A DNA stretch of 64,000 nt from Candidatus Poribacteria bacterium. Lineage in GTDB: Bacteria; Poribacteria; WGA-4E; JAJDTR01. Made by a program: the position numbers and the translations under genes. The notes under the pieces were generated by a model that was given only the letters and a program-made list of their open reading frames with translations, had not been told where the DNA came from and made no database searches. The stretch spans positions 3,872,001 to 3,936,000 of the forward strand of contig CBDCTK010000002.1 in assembly GCA_965222225.1 (NCBI GenBank), read 5' to 3'. Positions 29,897 through 41,043 of the stretch are shown piece after piece (positions within the stretch are counted from its first letter, which is position 1; each line of letters starts with the position of its first letter).

Positions 29897-30322
29897 TTAA
29901 GTGGCGGAAGGCTTGGATTTTACCATTCTGACAATCTTTCCCGACGCCTCATAAGTCACCGAATCCATGTAAGTCTCCATCAGAAATATCCCTCTCCCAC
30001 TGCTTTTGAGACGGTTGGAAGGTTCTAGAGGATTCGCCACGGTTTCGCGATTGAATCCCGCCCCCTGATCTTCGACAACAACCGTCAGTTGTTCCTGGCT
30101 CAAGATAAATTCAAAGCGAGTTCTCTTGCCCGAATCTTCGTTGTTTCCGTGTTTGATGGCATTCACAGCCGCTTCAATCACTGCCAGATTAATCTGCTCG
30201 CTTTCCTCCTTGTCAAAGCCCATATCACTCACGATTTCCGATATTATGGCATCAATCACATATACGAAATGTGTTGAGCTTGGCAGGTTAAGATGAATAA
30301 CGTGGTCGGTTGTCTTCGTCAC
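29897..30322 (-). CDS. Anti-sigma factor Ser/Thr kinase (RsbW-like)
   Basis: EAAVNAIKHGN, DQGAGF and GRGIFLM motifs. Confidence 0.9.
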   Translation of the reverse strand: MTKTTDHVIHLNLPSSTHFVYVIDAIISEIVSDMGFDKEESEQINLAVIEAAVNAIKHGNNEDSGKRTRFEFILSQEQLTVVVEDQGAGFNRETVANPLEPSNRLKSSGRGIFLMETYMDSVTYEASGKIVRMVKSKPSAT

Positions 30323-30408
30323 TGTGTGGCTCCCAACAGGTATCCGGGAATCAAGGTTAGCGCGACTGTCGGAAACTGTCTCTCCGATGAATATTAATGT
30401 CCTTCTTC

Positions 30409-31623
30409 TCAGTCTGTGGTCACTTTCAGGACGACAAGCGTGAGATCGTCGGTCTGCTGCTTTCTGCCGATGAAGTCCACGAGATTGTCCTCGATTGTCT
30501 TACAAATCATCTCGGCAGATAGATTCTTGCTAGACCTAATAACATCCAAAAGCCGTTCCTCTCCGTAAAAAGCGCCGTCCGTTTCACGCTCTGCTTCGGT
30601 GAAACCATCCGTATAGAAAAGAATTGTATCCCCACACTCAAGCTGGACGGTTTCGTTTTCAAACTCCGCGAAATCAAAACTGCCTGCCACCATTCCGCCG
30701 GTGCGGAGTTGATGGATTTTCAACTTCGTGCCCTTAACTCCCAGTTTTCGCTTGTTGTGAACCCCCGTATCCTTCAAATGCAGTGGGTGGCAATGCCCGG
30801 CGTTTGAATAGGTGAAGCTCAGTGTTTTGGGATCCAAAATCCCGTAGACCATAGTCGCGAAAAGATCGGGTTCCGTGTCAATTACGAGAAGATCGTTAAT
30901 GCTTTTAATAACCGCTGCGGGCGATGATTCTTGGCGACAAACCAGCCGTAATGCGGTACGAATCATTACCATCAACAACGCTGCCGGAATTCCCTTTCCC
31001 CGCACATCCGCTATGACTATCCCCAAACAGCCATCATCAAAAGGGATGAAATCATAGAAGTCTCCGGAGACCGACGTGGAACTCCGCAGAACACCGCTGA
31101 TGTCAAATCCGGGGAGATTGGGAGGCGCTTGAGGTAGAAGCCGCTGTTGGATGGTAGCCGCCGTTTTCAGGTGAGTCGCCAATTGTTCAACCCCGGTTTC
31201 GCTGAACCAATCTCCCATTGCGCCAATTAGAGGGTTGATATATTTTGTCGGTTGCGTTCTTCCGAGGACAGCTTTAATCCGCGCCGTAAGTTCCTTCAAA
31301 TCGAACGGTTTGGTGATGTAGTCATCCGCGCCGGCATCCAACCCTTGGAGTTTCTCGTTAATCAGCGCTCGTGCCGTAAGCATGATGACAGGAATTGCGC
31401 GAGTCTGCGAATTGCTTCTAAGATTGTCAATGACTTCAAAGCCATCCATCTTGGGCATCATCAGGTCCAATAGGATGAGGTCGGGCACGTGTGATTTGGC
31501 TTTCTCGATGGCATCCAACCCATTGACCGCCGTAATCACATTGTACCCATCCGAGTCCAAGCTTATTTCGAGCAAATCGAGAATATCGACATCATCATCG
31601 ACTGCCAAGATTGTTTGAGCCAT
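30409..31623 (-). CDS. Receiver domain plus SpoIIE/RsbU PP2C phosphatase
   Basis: REC domain; SGDFYD, ADVRGKG, NAGH, YTDG and DDLT motifs. Confidence 0.92.
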   Translation of the reverse strand: MAQTILAVDDDVDILDLLEISLDSDGYNVITAVNGLDAIEKAKSHVPDLILLDLMMPKMDGFEVIDNLRSNSQTRAIPVIMLTARALINEKLQGLDAGADDYITKPFDLKELTARIKAVLGRTQPTKYINPLIGAMGDWFSETGVEQLATHLKTAATIQQRLLPQAPPNLPGFDISGVLRSSTSVSGDFYDFIPFDDGCLGIVIADVRGKGIPAALLMVMIRTALRLVCRQESSPAAVIKSINDLLVIDTEPDLFATMVYGILDPKTLSFTYSNAGHCHPLHLKDTGVHNKRKLGVKGTKLKIHQLRTGGMVAGSFDFAEFENETVQLECGDTILFYTDGFTEAERETDGAFYGEERLLDVIRSSKNLSAEMICKTIEDNLVDFIGRKQQTDDLTLVVLKVTTD

Positions 31624-33908
31624 CAAACGCCAACGTCCTTTGTCAATTCTATCGGCAGAGTAAACTGAAAATTGCTTCCGCGTCCTTCGTACCCGTCCTC
31701 AACCCACACGGTGCCGCCGTGTGATTCTACAATACTTTTTACAATCGACAGTCCCAAGCCGGTACCTCCCTCCTGACGGGTGTTGATGTTTCCAAGTTGA
31801 TGGAATCGATTGAAGACTTGCTCACGTTCCTTGATGGGTATCCCTTCTCCCGTATCAATGACTTCGATATGTAACGCCCTATCCGCTTTGCCGGACAGTG
31901 TACCGTCGGCGCTAATTCTTACGGCGATTTTGCCGCTCTCGGGGGTAAACTTGATTGCATTGCCAATGAGGTTGGTAAAAACTTGTCCAATTCGTTCCTG
32001 ATCGCCGATGGTATGCGGCAAGGATTCGGGAGCAAACAAGCGCAACTCGATTGACTTCGCGTCGGCTTGCGGACTGATTTCTTCGATTCTCTGTTTGGCT
32101 ATCTCCGAGACCAATATTTCCTCCCGCTTCATCTGAATGCGTCCCGCTTCAATACGGGAAATATCAAGCAAGTCGTTAATCAGGGCGGCTAAACGCTCCG
32201 CCTGATGGTGGACACGAACCAGGCTGCGGCGCTGTTTGTCGTTAATCGGTCCCGTCTTGCCATCCAAAATCAACGACACAAAACCGATAATGGAAGTCAT
32301 AGGGGTACGCAATTCGTGAGAAACCAGCGAAACAAAGTCGGACTTCATCTGATCGATTTCCTTCTCACGCGTAATGTCGTCAAAAACATATACGGTTCCA
32401 AGAACGGCTCCCGCCTCATCAAGAAAAGGACTGGCGACAATACGGAGTGTGGAGGTTTCGCCTAGCTGATCCAAAGTTACTTCCAAGTTGACCGTCTCGT
32501 TCAAGGAGATTTGTCCCTGGCTTTCCTTGAGCGCTCTGGCTAACGTGAGGTCCTCCACGATTAGCGTTAACTCCTCGCCGACTTGGTCCGCTCCAACGTT
32601 TAGCAGGTGTTCGGCGGCGGGGTTGATGTGAAGTACCCGATGATTCCCGTCGACCAGAACCAGTCCTTCAGCCAGACTATTCACGATCGCGGTCATCTTT
32701 TTTTCCTCTTTGGTTATTAGTTCAATCGCATGTTTGAGATCGTCGCGCATTGAGTTGAATTCTTGTGCAAGCACGCCAACTTCGTTGTTGCTCGTAACCG
32801 GTACGTGGTGATTGAAATCACCCTTACCGATAGCGCGCGAGGCAAGCGCTATGCGCATAATCGGCTTAACGATACGTCGTGAAACCAGCCATACGATTGG
32901 AATGACAATCACGCAGGAGATTAACGTAAAAGTAAGGATTTTCTCGGTAAGTAAATTAATCTCGTAGAAAGCCACGGACTCCGGTTGTGAAACCAGAACC
33001 GTCCAATTGGTAAAGTTTTGATCCGCCTTCCACGGTTCGCCGCGCCATCGCTGAGTTCGCGCCCAGCCGTAAACCCTTTTATCACCTTGTATGTCGATTC
33101 CGCTTTCCCTTTCGTAGCCGAAAAACTCGGCGGACTGGTCATCGGTCTTCGCACTGTTAATTGCCTCCATCGCCGCATCGGTCATCTCGATGTGTTCCCT
33201 GAACGTGTACGCATTCTCCGCCGAAGACGTAATCACTCGACCGTGTTTAGTCATGAGGGCGAATTCAAGTCCTTGACCCGTACTGTCCTGCTCTTGGGTT
33301 GCACTAACCGCATCTGAAAAATTCGGAAGCGTGATAATGGCTCTCAAGATACCCACGACTTTGGTGCCAGCGGAAGTGAGAATCGGAAAAGCGACAGGCA
33401 GAACATGGACCTTCATGTCGGCGTCATACTGAAGGTCACCGACATACTCGTGTCCGAGCCCTTCATTGTAAGCGCGCTTCCACCACTCCGCATCAATTTT
33501 CCGACGATGCAAGCCTAGGTTGCTGGCTTGGATGACCTGACCCTGTGAATTGGTGATGATTATTTCGCTTCTTGGACCGGCGAGATCCTCTAGTCGTTTC
33601 AGTTTGTTTGTCAATCGCCTTTGTATTGCTGTGTCGTCTGGGCGGCTTGATGCCAAGACAACGGCATCGCGCACGCCATTTAGCTCTCCCCGAATGGCGT
33701 TTAATGGAGTGAAAATGCTGTAATCCGCCTGATCCAACTTTTCCTGCGCAAGTCGCTCCAAGTTCTCGCCAATAGTCTTCTCAAGCGCTTTTACCCCAAA
33801 TTCTCGCGCCAGAAAGGCGACGATAAGCAGAGGGATAAACGAGACTAGCAAAAAAAGTAGAACGAGCTGCCCTCGCAAGCCCATTTTGAAAGATAAACGT
33901 TTTGGCAT
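31623..33908 (-). CDS. Membrane sensor histidine kinase (extracytoplasmic sensor-HAMP-PAS-HisKA-HATPase)
   Basis: Two TMs; HAMP; SHELRTP, NLIGNAIKFT and GGTGLGL motifs. Confidence 0.92.
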   Translation of the reverse strand: MPKRLSFKMGLRGQLVLLFLLVSFIPLLIVAFLAREFGVKALEKTIGENLERLAQEKLDQADYSIFTPLNAIRGELNGVRDAVVLASSRPDDTAIQRRLTNKLKRLEDLAGPRSEIIITNSQGQVIQASNLGLHRRKIDAEWWKRAYNEGLGHEYVGDLQYDADMKVHVLPVAFPILTSAGTKVVGILRAIITLPNFSDAVSATQEQDSTGQGLEFALMTKHGRVITSSAENAYTFREHIEMTDAAMEAINSAKTDDQSAEFFGYERESGIDIQGDKRVYGWARTQRWRGEPWKADQNFTNWTVLVSQPESVAFYEINLLTEKILTFTLISCVIVIPIVWLVSRRIVKPIMRIALASRAIGKGDFNHHVPVTSNNEVGVLAQEFNSMRDDLKHAIELITKEEKKMTAIVNSLAEGLVLVDGNHRVLHINPAAEHLLNVGADQVGEELTLIVEDLTLARALKESQGQISLNETVNLEVTLDQLGETSTLRIVASPFLDEAGAVLGTVYVFDDITREKEIDQMKSDFVSLVSHELRTPMTSIIGFVSLILDGKTGPINDKQRRSLVRVHHQAERLAALINDLLDISRIEAGRIQMKREEILVSEIAKQRIEEISPQADAKSIELRLFAPESLPHTIGDQERIGQVFTNLIGNAIKFTPESGKIAVRISADGTLSGKADRALHIEVIDTGEGIPIKEREQVFNRFHQLGNINTRQEGGTGLGLSIVKSIVESHGGTVWVEDGYEGRGSNFQFTLPIELTKDVGV

Positions 33909-33917
33909 GATTCTGGT

Positions 33918-34259
33918 TTAGCCTCGACTGAAAGCGTTGACCGCGTCCACCTCGTCCTGATAAATCTCCAAAACCGTGTCCAATCGGGTAACCGCTAACA
34001 CATTTTGAACCGCTTCTTGCGGATTCAGTAGCACCAGCCTTCCATCACTCTTTTTTAGCGCTTGTAATGTCGCGATAATAGCGCCCAAGGCGGAGCTGTC
34101 CAACAACGGAACATCTGTCAAATCGAGAATCAGATGCCCCCCACCGTGCTCAATCTGTGTCCTCATCTCATGGCGGAGCGCATCAACGGAATTGCCGATT
34201 ATTTTGCCGTTTACTCGAAGGATTGGGGTGTTGTATTGACTTATACTAGTTTCGAACAT
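33918..34259 (-). CDS. STAS anti-sigma factor antagonist
   Basis: LDSSALG motif. Confidence 0.9.
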   Translation of the reverse strand: MFETSISQYNTPILRVNGKIIGNSVDALRHEMRTQIEHGGGHLILDLTDVPLLDSSALGAIIATLQALKKSDGRLVLLNPQEAVQNVLAVTRLDTVLEIYQDEVDAVNAFSRG

Positions 34260-34283
34260 CTGATTACACTCCTTAACGAACGA

Positions 34284-34335
34284 TCAACTGAGATCAAGGG
34301 AGCGCGATAGGGATCCCAAGGCGATAGGCAATCTC
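34284..34335 (+). repeat. Nested micro-elements
   Basis: TCAACTGAGA-TCAAGGGAGCGCGATAGGGATCCC-AAGGCGATAGGCAATCTC. Confidence 0.8.
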
Positions 34336-34368
34336 GTTAGCCTTTTCCGCGCCCCACATACAACTCGG

Positions 34369-37300
34369 CTACTTCCGTATCAACATCTTCCGTGTCGCCG
34401 CAAATTCACCCGCCCTCAGCGTATAGAAATATAAACCGCTGGCGATCGACTCGCCACGCCCATTCCGACCATCCCAATACGTTGCACGTCCTAGGCTCTG
34501 ATACATGCCCGCCGCTTGATGCCCCACATCAAGACGTCGCACTAGCTGTCCCCCGATGTCATAGATGGTCAGTGCGATCTCTGCCGGAGCTGCCAACTGG
34601 TACGCTATCCAGGTCTCAGGATTGAAGGGATTCGGATAATTGGGCAGGAGTGCCGTCTCTGACGGGATCATCGAGGCTGACAACACCTCGAGGTTGGCTA
34701 TGGCTTGTCGGAAGGCGATTGAGCCGTCGTCTGCGAGTCGTGCTTGGGCAATCCACGTCTCTATTGTCTTGGATTCTAACCCATGCGCTGGCGGCGCGGC
34801 AGTTCCGCCAATTCCCTGAGCGACGAGAGTGAGGTCGAATATATTTACAACCCCATCGCCATTAACATCCACGCTCGAGTTGGCGGGCACACTTCTCCCT
34901 AACTGCCGCGCAACCAGAATCAGATCCAAAATACTGACAACTCCATCACGATTTACATCCCCGGTCATCAGCCGTTCCTCCACAATGAAAGTGATTTCAT
35001 GCGGCCCCGCCGGGATGTTTTCACCAGTGAAAGAGCCAAGCTGGAAGTTACCCAGCGCCACTGCTGTTTCGCCTTCAGACTTCGCCTTAAACCTTACCTG
35101 AAGCAGGGGACCGCTGCCACTGACGCCACTGTCGGAAAGCAGCGCAGCCTTGAGTCCCATGATTTTTCCATTTGCGTTATCAATACGCCCAGCCTGAAAG
35201 AAGACTGTTCCTCCATCCGTCTTCAGGAAATCGCCTTCGCTCGTGTCAATCGCTTCAAGGACGAAAGAATCAAAGGCGATATCAAACTGCCACCCCGCCA
35301 AGTCGAACACATTTTCTGCTCGGATGTCGAGGCTAAAGGTATCGCCGATGTGAATTGGCGTCTCGGAAAAGGCGTAGCCGACGCCAGTTCCCACCGTATA
35401 TTCAGTGTTGGGCTCAAATCCAAAGAAAGCGCCGGTGTCGAAACTAGGCGAGAAAACCGCAACTAACAAAACATTTTTCCCCTGCTGAAGCGTAACCGGG
35501 AAAAAATCATTGTAATCAAGCTCCAGCGCCCTGTCACCCAGCACCTCGTAGACCAAATCTCCGTTGAGCCAGACCTTTAGTCCTTCGTCGTTGCCAACGT
35601 GCATCCTTGTCTTCTGTTCCCGTGGCGAATAGAGGGATATAGTGCCGTAGATAACGCCGTCGCTCAGCATACCTCCGATGTTGTTCCGATCCGTAGACGG
35701 GAGTTGGTGGGAGGTCCACACGTCATCGCCAACTGATTTTCCCACTGTTGCCCCCTGTGTGGCGACGTCCACCTCTGTCACCGTACCGTCACTGGCTTCT
35801 GATAGTAAATCGGTACTGCTATCCAGTATGGTGTCCGGTAACAAGACCCATAACCAAGGTCCCCCAATTTTTGGACCTCCTTGTGGGAAACCCGGATTGT
35901 CGTACGTCCCAAGGAATTTCATATTGGGACGTAACCCGTCTAGAGGAGAAAGATCGGAGATTTCGTTCACGGAGACATCCAGCCATGTTAAATTGGATAA
36001 ACCGGCGAGCGCCGATATGTCTGAGATTATGTTGTTGTGGAGGTTCAACCACTTCAAGTTGGATAACCCTGCAAGGGATGATATATCCGATATATCATTA
36101 CGTGAAAAATCTAGCCGTTTCAAATCGGTTAATCCCGCAAGGGGTGAAATATCCGCTACGTCGTTGCCGAATAGATACAGTTCTTCTAGGCCCGTCAAGC
36201 CCGCCAAAGGGGTAAGATCCGATATATCTCCACCGGGAAGAATAAATGCCTCAGTTTTGTCAATCCTGCCAAGGGCGATAAATCGGATGCGGATGTGCCC
36301 ATGTGAATGAGTTCCAGGTTGACTAATCCGGCAAGCGGCGATAGATCGCGTATGTTAGAGTGACTCACAAAGAGTTGCTCTAACTTGGGTAGCCCAGCAA
36401 GGGGTGTAAGGTCCTCTACTCCATGAAGAGCTAAAAAAGTTAGATTAACCAATCTGGAAAGCTGTTTCGCGTCATGAATAACGGAAGGTGAATCGATGAA
36501 GTCAATATCTAGAGCTTTTAACTGGGTTAGTCCTGCTATCGGAGAGAGATCGGACACCTTAGACCCACTACCATTTATGCTAGACAGATTGGTCGCAAAC
36601 TGAAGACCGGTTAAATCGCGGATATCTTGGCCCTCTATTATGCTCAAGAAAGTCAATCCTTCCATGTCTTCCACGGTTATCGGGGCATTGGGACTTTTGC
36701 CAAGTTCTTCAGCAATGGCAGTGCGTAGGTTCGGATCCGGGATATAAACCTGCGTACCCGGTATTACATCCGGCTGCGTTATTACCGGGGGCTCTCCAAC
36801 TTGCCCCGGGTAATCCAGCGCATACATCACGTCTCGAAAACTCGATGTCCAGGTGTCCCGTTGCACGCTCCCGTTCTCACCCTCTAACGCCAACAAACCT
36901 ATGTTCTGTAGTCCCGTGTTCTCACGAACCTTTTCGAGAAAGACTTCGGTTTCTAAACCAACCACGGCAGCGGCGTATGCGGCGTCTACCGGTCCCTGAA
37001 ACGCCTCATGGAAACGTGAAATCGGCTCAACCCCGCCAATCGCACCGCCCGTCTCTACAAGCGCTTCCCGATAGCGCTCCATGTCGCCACCCACACGAGC
37101 GTCCATGTCCGACTTTTCAACGTAGAGTCGCAACGCCTGCGCTTTGTTGTAAGGCGGGTTGGTATTGCTCTCAATCACGGAACGTACCTGGTCTTCAAGG
37201 GTCTTCATTCCCTCCGTATGACAACCTATACAGGAAAGTCCGTTGCACACCGTCGGGTCGCTGGCTGCGGGGTTGGAAACAATGTTTATCGGCGCCTCGT

Positions 37301-38501
37301 CTAGACGGAAACTGGACGCATTGACAAGGTAGTAGCCCTGCAACCCGTTTGGCAGATTGAAGATTGCCTCACCGCCATCGTGCGTGAAATTAAGCGGGTG
37401 GGTAAAGATGTTCTGTGCCCCGACACTCCCGGCAAAGTCGTAGCTTTTCCAGTACGCCCCGTATCGAGAGGTGTGCCGTTCCACTACCCGGTTGTTATTG
37501 GAGACTCCCGAATTGTTGAAACCCGCCCGCAAGACGCGAACCCCGGGTGCATTAATCAGATTACGGGCGACATCAACCTCCAGTCGGGTTTCCAACTCCC
37601 TATCCGTTAGTGGCAGCGAAAGCAGGTCGTGATACAGCGGTGGGGTGGATGCCGTTGCAATGAACCAGTCGATATGAACCGACGGCACATCGGTCTTCAT
37701 CTGTGTCTGCAACCGTCCAAGTTGATTCCGCAGGGCGGACTGTGCGGATGCATCAAAGGCGATGTGGTAGGGGTATTCCTCTTCTATCTTCGTCCAGGCA
37801 TCGTTGACATCCCATTCGTAGTGTCGGAGGTCGATGTAGAAGATGGTTACTTGCGAGTCGATTGGGATTGGGTTGATGACTGTTACTCCCCATGAGAGGC
37901 TGTTAACCAATTTATAGAGTGCTTTGCGGTACCCACCAAGTAACTCCGGAGTCCTAGAAACCCCTATCGCGCTCCCTATTCGGTCGCTTGATCCAGCGTT
38001 ATGGAGATGGGTAAGTGTGAAGTGGCGGGCAAACGCTGAAAGTGTGTTGAGGTGCGTGTCAATGCTCTTGAGTATTTCGCCGAGCGAGATAAACCGGCTA
38101 TTGGTCGTGGGAGTCGTCGCCCAATCGGGTGCGCCGGCTACTATCCAGCGTCGAATGGTGTCAATCGACTGAGGGGGCAACTGGGGCTGTCCGAACGGCA
38201 TCTGTGCGCCGCTTTCGGTGGGGCCTAGCAGCCGTTTATACAGCTCGGAGGCATTCGGATTCCCCGGAACAACGGTGCCCCCTCCGATAAGCTCGCTGTG
38301 TTCCATCAGGAGTGTTTCTCGATAAGCGCCGTCGGGACCGTGGCAGATGAGGCAGCTCCCCTCAAAAATGGCATAGGTATCTTGGGCTAACTGCGATTGG
38401 GCGGACACATGTTGAGAGCCTACGATGAAGGTCAATAGGTAGATAAATGTAACGCGATTCTGAGCACGAACCGGAGAAGAGATAGAATGACGTTTAAGCA
38501 T
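34369..38501 (-). pseudogene. Large secreted protein (Planctomycete-type cytochrome c domain, second CxxCH domain, LRRs, cohesin, dockerin, FlgD-Ig tail) split by a frameshift near 36240
   Basis: CLICH and CIGCH motifs; the LRR series continues across ORFs 36195-38501 and 34369-36207 after a 1-nt shift; GDVNRDGVVSILD dockerin; NYPNPFNPET tail. Confidence 0.8.
37956..37991 (-). repeat. 36-bp micro-element inserted in frame in a CDS (encodes SSDRIGSAIGVS)
   Basis: Minus strand GGA|TCAAGCGACCGAATAGGGAGCGCGATAGGGGTTTCT|AGG. Confidence 0.88.
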
Positions 38502-38715
38502 AGGGAGTATCTCCTTTATGAATAACCAATTTCATGTCGGGAAAGATGGGGGCACTTCAAGGTGACAACTTGCCCTACCTTTACCTAGAATCTTCCAAAA
38601 TATACTATACCATAAACTATAGCGGGTCAAGCAAATTGGTTTGATGATTGTAAATCTCTATGACAAACCAATCTGCATAGACTGACTCCATCGGCGTTTC
38701 TATCCGTTCTCTATA

Positions 38716-39489
38716 TCATGCTTCCGAGGCGAGAGTCAACCGATCCACCTCATCAATAGGGGCTTGGATGAGGCATGGACTTTTTACAGGCTTCAGCCAT
38801 CGAATCAGGACTGCGAGATCGTTCTTCGCCATGGCTGTGCATCCGGCTGTTGGCACCCCCCTCGCTTTCCACACGTGGAAGAAAATCGCGCTCCCCCTGC
38901 CTTTTACGACTGGCGCAGTGTTGTGTTCGACAACGGCTCCCAACTCATACAGGTGGTCCGAGCGTTTCATCTTTTCACATGAATTCCACATCTGCTGTGC
39001 GGTTCCCGCCTTCTCGTCGAGTGTTACCCATTGATTGTAATCTTCCGATTCGACATCGTTGACGTAATAATCGTCCTCCGTAATACATTGATATGGAATC
39101 GATGTGCCTGTCGGCGGCTCTGTATCATAGCCAAACGCTGTTCCAAGTCGAAACACCCCCGCCGGTGCCTTTAAGTCCCCTTCCGCTTTTTGAGGCGGAT
39201 TACTAACTGTGCGGTGAATACCGCTCCCCCATCCCAGCCCGTTTCTACCTAACATCACGGGGATGGTTCTTCCTTCCGGGCGCCATCGTTCCCCTACTTT
39301 CGAGATCAGATGCAGTCTACCCGCATCACTCGTCCACGAAGTCACCGTAACTAACACGACTTGTTGAATCGGTAACGAGCCTGCTACAATCGAAGCAACC
39401 GCATCCCGCAAAAAGCTAAGATCGTCCGAATCTGTTACCGCTCTGGGTTTTTGACTAACTGCTGCAACCGTTTTCCGCATAGTCGCCAT
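38716..39489 (-). CDS. L,D-transpeptidase-like (YkuD family) protein
   Basis: K.EGD.KAPAG and GSAIFFHVW....PTAGC motifs. Confidence 0.85.
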   Translation of the reverse strand: MATMRKTVAAVSQKPRAVTDSDDLSFLRDAVASIVAGSLPIQQVVLVTVTSWTSDAGRLHLISKVGERWRPEGRTIPVMLGRNGLGWGSGIHRTVSNPPQKAEGDLKAPAGVFRLGTAFGYDTEPPTGTSIPYQCITEDDYYVNDVESEDYNQWVTLDEKAGTAQQMWNSCEKMKRSDHLYELGAVVEHNTAPVVKGRGSAIFFHVWKARGVPTAGCTAMAKNDLAVLIRWLKPVKSPCLIQAPIDEVDRLTLASEA

Positions 39490-39701
39490 CTTTACTTTAT
39501 TAAGGCATCATTAAGGCATCGATTCCCTAAATTTTTATCTTTGAATCTTTCGACACCAATTTGTCGTTCTTATCCAAGGATATTTGGCAAGGGATTCTAA
39601 ACCTTGTCACACACCGCGTAATTGCAACCGAATGAGTTAAGAAAATAACGATACAGTCACACACGATTTCATGCTTGAAGATATTGCCGAGGTAGGGAAA
39701 T

Positions 39702-40655
39702 ATGCCGACGGGGCGAATCAAATACTATAATGCTGAAAAAGGGTTCGGATTCATTGCACAGGACAGTGGAGATGCGGATGTTTTTTTACACAATTCTTCA
39801 GTGAAATACTGGGAAGACGATGAACTTCGGATTGGACAACGCGTGGAATATGACATCGTCGATGGGAAAAGGGGACTGGTCGCTCAAGATGTCGAAGTCT
39901 TGCTTTCTGCAATCGAACGGAAATGGCTTCGTCAAGGCAAAGCCGTCATCCCGCGCGATTATCTGGGCACCCTGTCGCAGCACCCGGAAAAGAGTTTGAA
40001 TCTAAATCAATCTTTCCAAGCTACCGATGTTGAAGAAACTGGATCGCAGGTAGACGGTATGTCTCTTCAGCCGGTCCCGCTTGAAGATGTTGAATCCCGA
40101 ATCAATGAGGGAGCAAAGAAACATGCCAGCGCTGCCGTTGCTCCGAAACTGAGATCAAAGCGCGTTAATCGACCAACTTTCGGCAATCTCTACATTCAGA
40201 AACAGATTGAATTTCAAACCGATATGATCTTTGCCTTGTACGACCACCAATTCATCTCGGGAACTATTCAAGGATTCAATAAATACGAATTCACACTCCG
40301 AATTGATGGCGAAAATCTTGAAGTTTCAAGGAAAAACCTCAAATTCTGCTATAAAGCTCAAGACGCCGGCAAATTGCAAGCAATTCTCCACTACGACGAA
40401 ACGATTCAAGACCTAAAACTGGGACCAGCGGGTTCAGTCGAGGAGGGATCTCAAATTGACACACTGCAACTTGTGACAGCCCGTGAAGACCGAGTTCCTA
40501 TCGAAGTGACAATGCGTGAAGGCGAGGTTTTTCGCGGTAGCGTGGACTGGGAAAGCCCGAATGAAATCAAACTCGTGTTGCGAAACGGTTCGAAAGTTGT
40601 TGTGTTTTGCTCCGCGGTAGAGAATTTTAAGGTGTGTTCAAAGGAAGAGATTTGA
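39702..40655 (+). CDS. Cold-shock domain protein fused to two Sm/Hfq-like domains
   Basis: KGFGFI and DVFLH RNP motifs; two C-terminal segments of the form h.h...G..h.G.h..h....h.L. The Sm assignment is inferred. Confidence 0.7.
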   Translation: MPTGRIKYYNAEKGFGFIAQDSGDADVFLHNSSVKYWEDDELRIGQRVEYDIVDGKRGLVAQDVEVLLSAIERKWLRQGKAVIPRDYLGTLSQHPEKSLNLNQSFQATDVEETGSQVDGMSLQPVPLEDVESRINEGAKKHASAAVAPKLRSKRVNRPTFGNLYIQKQIEFQTDMIFALYDHQFISGTIQGFNKYEFTLRIDGENLEVSRKNLKFCYKAQDAGKLQAILHYDETIQDLKLGPAGSVEEGSQIDTLQLVTAREDRVPIEVTMREGEVFRGSVDWESPNEIKLVLRNGSKVVVFCSAVENFKVCSKEEI

Positions 40656-41043
40656 GGAGAATAGCGCACGAGGCTGAGTTGCCAACGCTGCCAAGAGTCT
40701 GTGATTACCGCTTTGCGGAGGACGGGAAACGGCGCACGCAGTGTCACGGCATCCTCTTACCTCTTGTCGCCGCAAAACAAGATTAACGGATACAAACACA
40801 AGAAAACGGCAGAAAAGGCACATCAACGCCTTTGCGACGATCCGGTTACGCTCGGAAGACAAGGCATAATCGGCGATTCCCACCAGAGGACGACCCCAAC
40901 CTCACCGTTGACAGATCAAGCCGACAGTCATGTTGGTTCATGCCAATTTCATCAACGCGGTCACACCAACTCCCCGGCGGGCATTCATCCCCGTTTCGCG
41001 GTCATCGGTCAAACTCGGTGTCCGCTTGAGATCCGATGGAAAA

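Noticed and set aside
40660-40770. Lysine or c-di-GMP riboswitch (minus-strand AGAGG...GCGCTA, GCAAA loop)
   Set aside because: Too short, core motifs incomplete, and the region lies between convergent 3' ends.
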